DNA of 64,000 nucleotides from positions 124,001-188,000 of the forward strand of contig CP060764.1 of assembly GCA_023205875.1 (NCBI GenBank), written 5' to 3'. The position numbers and the translations under genes were made by a program. The notes below the pieces were generated by a model. The model was not told the DNA's origin, did no database searches, and saw only the letters and a program-made list of their open reading frames with translations. Positions 56,369-64,000 of this stretch are shown here, piece by piece (positions within the stretch are counted from its first letter, which is position 1; every line of letters starts with the position of its first letter). The stretch comes from Chloropicon primus. Lineage: Eukaryota.

Positions 56369-58540
56369 TTACACACTTTTTGGTTGACGCAAGTGCTTCA
56401 GGAGGACGTTGCGTGCCCCGTTCACATCCCGACCGCACTTGAAGCCACACTTCTGGCACTTGTACACCTCTGCTCCACCCAGGTTCTTCTTGATGTGTCC
56501 GCACCTGCCACAGGTCTTGGAGGTGTACTCCTCCGTCACGATCGCCAGCTCACTGCCGTGCAAGAGCACCTTGGAAGCCAAGAACGTTCTGAACGCATAG
56601 TGCCTCAACGTCAAGAGCGTGCGAGCCGTCTTCTTCCCGATCACTCGGCGTCTCCCGTTGTTGTTCTTCTTCACCATGTCTTGGGACTTGAACTCCGGGA
56701 GGAGGATTGTGTCGAACCTCCTGCATAGATCGTTGGCTACCTTTTTGTGAAGCTCGTTAGTCAGACCTCGAATTTTCTCCATGCAGGCGTATTGCTGTCT
56801 CTTCAAGTCGCGGCGGTCGAGGTAAGGGAGCTTCACCTTTGGGTCTTTGCGCTCGGAAATGATCTCATCAATCCTCCAGCAGAGGTTGAACAGCCTCGCG
56901 AAGCCTCGCTCGCCCTTGGCATACTCCCCGACGCCTTCTTGCGGCGAGTACGACGTCTGAAAGGTCCTGACTCCCGGATCCAGGGCGACAACCTTCCGCT
57001 TGTTCTCAGGCTTCAGGGGTGGCAGGCGATCCCATGGCGTCGCGATGGGAATGTGCATGTGGAACTGCCCAAGGCGATTTCTTGTGATCTTCACGGCACC
57101 CTCGATCTTGCCCCCGGGGATCTCCTCCGTCAAGTACAGGGGCCCGCCGGCCATCTTCTTCTTGAACACCTCCAGCTTGGTCCACTTGCGTCGTTTCTTG
57201 TGCTTCGTATCATCCTTGTGCCTCGTGTTTGGCCTTTCGATCGTCTCCACGTTCTTTAACTCTCTTGCATCAATTTCAATAGTCCAAGAGCTCGGTTGCT
57301 GACGTTGACGATACTTGAGAACGAAGCGGTGCCCCTTCTTCTCGCCGCGCTCCTTCATCGCTTCCTGCTTCGCGGTGTTCGAATCCCATGCCTTGATGAG
57401 ACTTCGCACGGCAGCTTGTCTGATGGCACAGGGGGTTTCCTTCAGCCAAGGATGCTTCTGATTCACAAAGGCCCCGCTAACGTAGTCCCGGTCCTTGCCC
57501 ACTTGGATGCGAAAAGCTCTGCCTCCAATTTGGCTCTCGAGTCTCTTCTCTCTGGCCGCGAAAAGCTCTGCCTCCTGTTTTGTCCATGGCCGTGGAGAGC
57601 ATTGGATTTCTTTCAGCTCTTTCTCCAGGCCCTCAAAGACCTCAGGGCGTCGCGGTTTGGCCGTCACAAATCTGTCCAGCAGGACGGTCCAAACCAGCGG
57701 AAAACCCTCCTTCTTGACCGCCTCCAAACACTTGTTGTATGTGAAACGCGCAGCTCCCATCCAGTTGCAAAGGCACTTCGCCTGCTCAGGGTTCAAGCGC
57801 ATCCTAAGCTTCCTCGTCCGTATCACCGTTCGCTCCGACAATAGCTTGGAGGTCTTCAGCTTCTGCCCCCTCTTCCTTTTGGCGGGCGGCTGCAATGTCT
57901 CCACGGATACCACAGAATCTTCTGGAAGGTTCAAGCACGACCTCCATCCCGTCTTCGGACACTTTACCTCTTCAAGTTCTCTCTTGATCGATGAGAACCA
58001 GGTCTTCTTCACGCTGTCGTCCGCCAAGCCACCCGGCTGCTTCCCTGCTTTCTTCCCCCTCTTGTTGCCCTTCTTCTTGCCCTTCTTCTTGTTCTTCTTC
58101 TTGCCCTTCTTGCGAGGCTTCTTGCGAGGCTTGCCTGACGAGCTCGAACTCTCACCCGCAGAGGCGTCCGCCTCCGGCGGCTTCCCCTTCCGCTTCCCCC
58201 CCCGCTTCTTGCGAGGCGTGCTCGAACCCTCCTCGAAAGCAGAGGCGGGGTCGTCCAGCGGCTTCCCCTTCCGCTTCCCCCCCCGCTTCTTGCGAGGCGT
58301 GCTCGAACCCTCACCCGCAGAGGCGGGGTCGTCCGCGGGAGGAAGCAGGCACAACGCGTAGAGCCACGCTAAACCCTGATTCCAGAAGCGAAGTAACGGC
58401 CGCTCCGTCGTCGGAGACTCCTGCCCCGACTTCGAAGCGCCCTGAGCATGACTCTCGCCAGAGTGCGACCTCCTTGTGGAACTCGTCGAGCCACTCCCCT
58501 GCTTCTCCTTTTTCTTACGGCGCTTCCCTGATCGCGCCAT
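56369..58540 (-). CDS. Fanzor (eukaryotic TnpB-derived RNA-guided endonuclease), Fanzor2/IS607-TnpB type
   Basis: IS605-OrfB HTH (KLRMRLNPEQ...WMGAARFTYN), RuvC-I ALDPGVRTF, rearranged RuvC-II (LLPEF / VTEEYTSKTC), CxxC-CxxC Zn ribbon, RuvC-III RDVNGARNV. Intronless, with a basic NLS-like N-terminus. Confidence 0.93.
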   Translation of the reverse strand: MARSGKRRKKKEKQGSGSTSSTRRSHSGESHAQGASKSGQESPTTERPLLRFWNQGLAWLYALCLLPPADDPASAGEGSSTPRKKRGGKRKGKPLDDPASAFEEGSSTPRKKRGGKRKGKPPEADASAGESSSSSGKPRKKPRKKGKKKNKKKGKKKGNKRGKKAGKQPGGLADDSVKKTWFSSIKRELEEVKCPKTGWRSCLNLPEDSVVSVETLQPPAKRKRGQKLKTSKLLSERTVIRTRKLRMRLNPEQAKCLCNWMGAARFTYNKCLEAVKKEGFPLVWTVLLDRFVTAKPRRPEVFEGLEKELKEIQCSPRPWTKQEAELFAAREKRLESQIGGRAFRIQVGKDRDYVSGAFVNQKHPWLKETPCAIRQAAVRSLIKAWDSNTAKQEAMKERGEKKGHRFVLKYRQRQQPSSWTIEIDARELKNVETIERPNTRHKDDTKHKKRRKWTKLEVFKKKMAGGPLYLTEEIPGGKIEGAVKITRNRLGQFHMHIPIATPWDRLPPLKPENKRKVVALDPGVRTFQTSYSPQEGVGEYAKGERGFARLFNLCWRIDEIISERKDPKVKLPYLDRRDLKRQQYACMEKIRGLTNELHKKVANDLCRRFDTILLPEFKSQDMVKKNNNGRRRVIGKKTARTLLTLRHYAFRTFLASKVLLHGSELAIVTEEYTSKTCGRCGHIKKNLGGAEVYKCQKCGFKCGRDVNGARNVLLKHLRQPKSV
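58179..58312. repeat. Internal ~53-bp duplication in the Fanzor N-terminus encoding EGSSTPRKKRGGKRKGKP twice
   Basis: ggcttccccttccgcttccccccccgcttcttgcgaggcgtgctcgaaccctc at ~58179 and ~58260. Confidence 0.92.
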
Positions 58541-58722
58541 GACTGTTAGCTGCTACTGCAAGGGTTTCACTCGCTGCCCTCCTCGTAACTCCTCGTAACT
58601 ATAGATTTGCCTTGTCCAGCAAGTGAGAACACGAGAAAAACGCTTTGTGGGTTGTCCTTTGGGTGTGACCAAACTGGTATACACTGGAATCCCACCAACA
58701 GGGGAAAACCTCAGTATCTCAC

Positions 58723-58886
58723 ATGGCGCTGGCGCTCACGGTGCGAGGCCCGGCGAGGGCGAGGGCGAGGGCGAGGGGGAAGACCCAAGCATGTCAAGCT
58801 CAAGCTGGAAAGAGGAGCGTCATCATTCTTCCAGGTGCGTTCCTTCTTCGGCAGGACCTGAAGCTCAACAACAACAACAACAACAA

Positions 58887-58958
<72 letters not shown>

Positions 58959-59734
58959 GTGTGGATGTTTGGACTGACTCGTTTGGCATTCTTCCCTTTC
59001 CTCCTCTCCCCGCAGGACTGGGCAACAGTGCGAGTGATTACGATGACCTGGCGGAGAACTTGAGGAGCACGACTGGCCTCGACCTCAACGTCCACACGTG
59101 TGACGTGCGACGGATCGATTGGCTGAGGAACGCTGCTGGTCTGTTGGATCCTGCTTACTGGAAAGGTACGCTGAAGCCGAGGCCAGTCGTGGACTGGTAC
59201 CTGGACAAGGTCAAGGAGAAGGTGGAGATCGCCAAGAGGGATGGAGGTCCGGTCTCCTTCTTGGCTCACTCGGCTGGTGGGTGGTTGGGTCGCACGTATT
59301 TGGTATCGATGGAAGCGCCGGAGATTGCGAACGTGGACTGCTTTGTGTCTCTGGGAAGCCCTCACATGCCACCGCCGAAAGATGTCATTGACCAGACGAG
59401 GGGGATTCTGACGTGGGTGAACGAGACGACGCCGGGAGCATTTCATGACAGCGTCAAGTACACAACTATCTCCGGCACCTGCATTCAGGGCACAAAGTTT
59501 GGCGACGAGGACGCGTCCCTCGAGCAGAAGATCACGGGCCAAGGCTACAAGCAAGTGGGCGGGAACGCAGACGTCTGGGGGGACGGAATCGTGCCGAAGG
59601 AAAGCGCGCATCTCGAGGGCGCACTGCAGATCAATCTCGAGGGCGTGTACCACTCTCCTTTGGGGCAGGGGGACAGGAAGTGGTACGGCTCGCCCGAAGT
59701 GATCGGCGAATGGTACCACCACCTGGATCCATAA
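58723..59734 (+). CDS. Alpha/beta hydrolase (PGAP1/lipase-like); intron 58835-59015
   Basis: VIILPG|LGN joined across gtgcgt...cgcag, AHSAGG nucleophile elbow, SLGSPH, GDGIVP, GVYHSP, WYGS. Confidence 0.88.
58867..58957. repeat. (CAA)7(CAT)~23 intronic microsatellite
   Basis: Read directly inside the hydrolase intron. Confidence 0.95.
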
Positions 59735-60685
59735 AAGAAGTTGCTGTTTGTAATGTAAGAGGGAAGGAAAAAGGGCCACAGAGACTACGATCCAAGGAAG
59801 AACTTGCTTGCTCTCTCAAGCTATCAAGATACGAACAATGGATCCCCCCTTCTTCATAACGTACAGCGGTCTCGTTTCGGCGTCCACGACTTGTGACGAG
59901 GAGGAAAGGAAAGGTGGCAAAGAACAAAGAGTGATATTTGCTTACACTATCTCACACGGCTTGCATGCTCTCCGCAAAGCAATCTACTTCCTCACTCTTC
60001 CTGCTTGACCTTGACAATGGAACGGGCCGTCTTGCTTCGTGTTCTCTTCGACGACGGAGGACGAGGAGCCTTGCAGAGCCCGACCTCTTCGAGGTACTCT
60101 CTCTTCACAACATGTTGTTGCTTGTCGCTCAACAAATGGGACATGTCCGCAAAAATCACCCTCAACTGTCACTCTCCTCTTCGATGATGGTGGTGGAGCC
60201 CGTCAAGAAACTCTGAACAGACTCGCCGTCCACGTCCATGGCGATGACACCTGGGGCCAACCCTCCCTTGTCATCATCTCCACCGTCGTCGGCCCTCGCC
60301 GCGATCATCGCCGCCGTCGACCTGGTGAGTGTTCTCCGTCTCTGTCTCGTGGGACGCCTCACGATGAAATGAAGCACCGCACTGCTCGATATGTTCCTCA
60401 AAGACTTTCCTCCTCTTCCTCTTCCCTTTCCTCCGCACGATCCAAGCTCACAAGCAATCCTCCTCAAACGCCTTTCGCTTCAAAGGAAGGAGCGAAAACG
60501 TCCACTCCTTTTTGACAAAACCTTCAGCCGAGGTATCAATCGAAAGCCCGTACGATGCCCTTCCGCTTGATCAACACCTCCTCCCCTTCCCCTTCCCCGA
60601 CCACGCACAAGGTCCTCGACAAATACCACCCCACCACTCCACTCATCGTCTCCGTCTGTCGTTTCAAAGGAATCGCGCCAGAAGC

Positions 60686-62352
60686 ATGAAGACGGTGCTC
60701 CTCGTGGTCGCGACGGTCGTCGCCTTGCTTTGTCGCTTCCGAGGGGCGCTGGCGGACGGAAGCAAGTCGTACAAGGGAGCGGTGGTGACCTTCACACCCG
60801 TAGGCGATCCATCGAGCTCCGCCGCTTCGAATTTGGACCTCAACTTGCTTGGCATCGAGGAAGTGATCCAAGATAAGCTCATCGATGGTGGTGGTGATGA
60901 TGATATTGTTGTCTTGCCTGAGCTTGTTTTTTACTACGTGGGATTGGAGAGGGCTTTGAGGGATGGGAAAGATGCTCTCAGGGAGTACGCATTGGCCCTC
61001 TCTCCCCTCGGCACGAACCCTTGCCTCTCTCGTCACGTCTGGCAAGGCAAACAGGTGTGTGTGTTCACAATCCATCCAACAATCAACTCAACCTTCTCCT
61101 AATCAACGCCTCGCTGACGCTGTTGATTTTTTTTTGTGCGGCCGAACGGAAGAATGGCGAGTTTCTGTCGCGTCTGAGCTGCACCGCGAGGACGCTCGGA
61201 TCGTACTTGGTTGCAAACGTCTTGGAAGTGGTGGTTGAGGCTGAAGGGGAGGAGAAGTACAAGCTGTTCAACACGGACGTCGCCTTCGACAGGAGTGGTG
61301 CCCTGGTTGCAAAGTACTGGAAGTGGCACACCTTTGGACTCGATTCGTTGATCGACGAGCCTGATGCCAAGGAAAGGTCTCCATCGAGCTTCGAAACGGA
61401 CTTTGGCGTGACTTTTGGCCTCTTCATATGCTTTGACATCGAGTTCGAGAACCCAACGCAGGTGTTGCTGGACAGGGGCGTGAGTCACTTTGCTTACAGT
61501 TCCGCGTGGGTGAACAACCCGCCCTTTGGATTCGCGACAGAGATACAGCAGGGGTGGTCCAGAGCCACGGGAGCAGCCTTGCTTGCCGCGAACATCGGGA
61601 CGGATCCCTCGCGGTCGGGTTCAGGCATATTCTTCGAGGGGAAGGAGCTCGCCTCTGACTTTGATGTGAACAGCGCACGCGCAGACCGCATAATTAGCGC
61701 AGAAATCCCGAAACGAGTCGGACAACGGAGGCCGGCCGACGAAGGTTATGACGGCCCCTTGTCTTCGGAAGCATCGGGCGTCGATCATCTTGCTCTAGAC
61801 GGCCAATCTCAAACTTGCACGTTAGATTTTCTTGCCGGGGTCGCATTGAATGCTTCTTGCGTGCCAATGGAGGACAGCGAGGGCCCAGCGAAGTACACCC
61901 TCGCCGGGGACGACCTGGAATGTTCCTTGACCGTGGCAAACTCTACCTTTGGAAGTGAGTCATTTGGGGTTCCCACGCTTGTGGCTTTCAGTGAAATCAT
62001 TCGATTCCCTGGAACAGTCGAAGCCGTGAACTACAAAGGGTGCATCCTCTTGTTGTGCTCAGACTTCCCAAGGTGTTCCTCCCCGCACTGGCACGCCCTT
62101 GGGAAGCTGGGCTCCGCGGAGATCATCGGAACTTTTGATGGGGTTTCCCAGCGAGCGATTCCTCTCTTTTCAGGGGTAGACGAGGAGAAGCAAAACGTTT
62201 TTTCTAGGGAAGTTGGTCAGTACAGCACGGGGCAAGGCAGGGGCGGCTCCCAGACAATCGTGAGAGTTGCCAACGTAGAGGACAGGGGCGGCACGTCGAC
62301 GCTCAATTTCGGAATTATATCTGTGAAAGAAGAACATAAGAACTCGTTCTAG
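60686..62352 (+). CDS. Vanin/biotinidase-like nitrilase-superfamily amidase, secreted; intron 61055-61152
   Basis: Signal peptide, E-K-C triad (IVVLPE, KYWKWH, FICFD), FNTDVAFD, FETDFGVTFG. Confidence 0.88.
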
Positions 62353-62408
62353 TGAAAACGCAGGCTCTTGCTGCTGTAAATGCTAATGTATATTCATATT
62401 TTGATAAG

Positions 62409-64000
62409 TTATTGTTCGCCTTCAGCCCCTTCCCCCGTCTGCTCTTCGTCCTGTCCTCGCTCCTCTTCCTCTTCCTCTGACTCAGAATAGCTGTAGCTGT
62501 AGGACCCGGAATATCCGTCGCTCTCCGAGTCGCTATAAAAGTTGTCCAAAGGAGAATTGTCCGCAGCAGCGTGTGGTTGCTGAGAGGAGGACGCTGCATT
62601 GTTGGGGTACTGGCTTCTCACCTGGTTTTGATTTTGGGACTTGCTCGAGTTTTGTGTTATCTTGGCATCTCGAAGGGTGCTATTTGTAGGCGTGGTTCTG
62701 AATTCCGGCATCGTTTGGTAGCCAGGGGCGCTGTGGTCAACTAGGTGGCTCAGGGAACCAATCGAAAAGGCGTTCTTGCTATCATCGATCGGGGACGAGA
62801 TGGGCTTCAGATTCGCACTCGCCAGGATGATCTTTTTGCTGATGGATTCACCGTCCGCGCCGCCACCTGAGGTCAATCCGCCATAAAGTCTGGCCTTGTC
62901 CCTCACGCTGTACGAGGTGTCGCACTTTGCCATGTTCAGGACATAATCAAACGCCGGCTTTGCTTTCTCGACCCCATGGATAGTCAACCTTGCCAAACTA
63001 TTCAGAATTTGAATCTTGACCTCTTCGTCTTGTTCGATGAATTCTGTCGTGGCCAACCGAGCCGCTTCGTAGGCGAGATCAGAGAGCTTTGCAAAGGTTT
63101 CTTTCCCCATCATTTCCTTCACGTCCTGCTCTCCTTCCCCCGCCCTGCTCTGGAGGGTCAAGTGACAGCTGGAAAGCCACAGCACCCCCATCTTGGACTT
63201 TGGCGAAGCCATGAGGTGGTACCTTTTGATCAACTTGGCTATCTGTTCCATGTACAAGTCAGGGCGGCCCTGCGCGATGCCCAGGATGACTTGGACACTA
63301 TTCGCGGACACTTGCTCTGATGCATGCGTCGAAAGGACCATCAGGCTCTTCAGGATCCTTTCCTGCATCTTGGGGTACTTTTGCACGCATCGACCCAAGG
63401 CAAATATAGCGTTCGACACGAAAGTCATCTCGTTGTCCCTCAAATACGCTTGCAACTCCTTCAAGAGCTCAGGAATGTTATCCTCTGCAATGATCTCCGT
63501 CAGGACATTCAGTTTCAGACACTTGACGTGCAGCGGATCGCTCGCCCTCACGAAAAATCCTGTGAAGTGTGGTGCAAAGACTTCTGGGTACTTGTGCGCA
63601 AAGCTTGCCACGCTGTGAAGGATGACATACTCCGACGCCGATCTTGTCGACCTCATGCAAAACATGAGCGCCTTGCCACACCTGTGGTGCTCGTAGGACG
63701 GGGCAAAATCGAACTGCAAAGCAACAGTTGCCATGACCACCGCGGAGTTCCTCGACTGCAGCAATGGCCAGGTGCATCTCAAGAGAAGCCTGTGATCCTC
63801 AGTAATCAGGTTCTCGGGGCGGGAAGAGACCTCGGAGTCCTCGACAATCTTGGAAGAGCTGTCGTCGTCTCCGTAAAAGTTGTCCACGCTCTCCACTTTT
63901 GGCGAACTTTCCATGCTCACTTGCTTGGTGCCCTGAGTCTTGCCCTTGTTCGGATCCACGAAATTTGCCCTGGCATATCTGTGAAGAAGGTTCAACGCTG
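62409..64000 (-). CDS. AP3B: AP-3 adaptor complex beta subunit (3' part; runs off the window)
   Basis: EDHRLLL...PLLQSRNSAVVM, CDTSYSVRDKAR, FSIGSLSHLV.H.APGY, acidic S/E tail. Confidence 0.9.
   Translation of the reverse strand, partial: ALNLLHRYARANFVDPNKGKTQGTKQVSMESSPKVESVDNFYGDDDSSSKIVEDSEVSSRPENLITEDHRLLLRCTWPLLQSRNSAVVMATVALQFDFAPSYEHHRCGKALMFCMRSTRSASEYVILHSVASFAHKYPEVFAPHFTGFFVRASDPLHVKCLKLNVLTEIIAEDNIPELLKELQAYLRDNEMTFVSNAIFALGRCVQKYPKMQERILKSLMVLSTHASEQVSANSVQVILGIAQGRPDLYMEQIAKLIKRYHLMASPKSKMGVLWLSSCHLTLQSRAGEGEQDVKEMMGKETFAKLSDLAYEAARLATTEFIEQDEEVKIQILNSLARLTIHGVEKAKPAFDYVLNMAKCDTSYSVRDKARLYGGLTSGGGADGESISKKIILASANLKPISSPIDDSKNAFSIGSLSHLVDHSAPGYQTMPEFRTTPTNSTLRDAKITQNSSKSQNQNQVRSQYPNNAASSSQQPHAAADNSPLDNFYSDSESDGYSGSYSYSYSESEEEEEERGQDEEQTGEGAEGEQ

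Larger units (their letters stand above)
56160..58610 (-). mobile_element. Putative non-autonomous Fanzor-carrying element (no transposase; ends not defined)
   Basis: Fanzor ORF plus structured 3' region between two housekeeping genes. Short direct and inverted repeats lie near both ends. Confidence 0.5.

Noticed and set aside
56369..58540. Calling the ORF a transposase or Cas12
   Set aside because: OrfB/TnpB-family proteins are not the transposase, there is no CRISPR array, and the rearranged RuvC-II with eukaryotic flanks fits Fanzor.
56041..58609. caaatct / agatttg as terminal inverted repeats of the Fanzor element
   Set aside because: Only 7 bp with no target-site duplication, so expected by chance.
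58623..59063. Poly-His, poly-Asp and poly-Ile ORFs
   Set aside because: They are translations of the intronic (CAA)(CAT) microsatellite.
59938..60515. Possible small minus-strand gene between the hydrolase and vanin-like genes
   Set aside because: Coding-looking fragments are interrupted by stops, and I could not build a consistent spliced model.

Overview
This is a compact, GC-rich, gene-dense eukaryotic nuclear window with short GT-AG introns and microsatellite-rich spacers. Plastid-targeted genes (SEX4, RBD1-type rubredoxin, DUF3067, ferredoxin-type thioredoxin reductase) point to a small green alga; a prasinophyte-grade alga such as Chloropicon is my inference and is not proven. About 36 protein-coding genes are present, mostly housekeeping (NDPK, SPT5, NUF2, SHMT, RPS16, RPL4, DTC, AP3B, elongase), plus three ciliary genes (CFAP53, WDR93, B9D2). 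The standout is an intronless 723-aa TnpB-derived Fanzor (Fanzor2/IS607-type) RNA-guided nuclease gene at 56369-58540 (-), between SHMT and an alpha/beta-hydrolase gene. It has an intact RuvC D-E-D triad, a Zn ribbon and duplicated NLS-like basic repeats. A strongly base-paired non-coding region just downstream of its stop codon is a candidate omegaRNA, and no transposase is visible beside it. Other notable items are a tandem trio of membrane guanylate-cyclase-related genes (two lack the catalytic domain, and intron positions differ between near-identical copies), a non-NADPH thioredoxin reductase, a Mu-class GST, a GT29 sialyltransferase-like gene, and TTTTAGG telomere-like arrays in promoters. 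I recognised no tRNA, rRNA or CRISPR array. All calls come from reading motifs by eye, without database searches.
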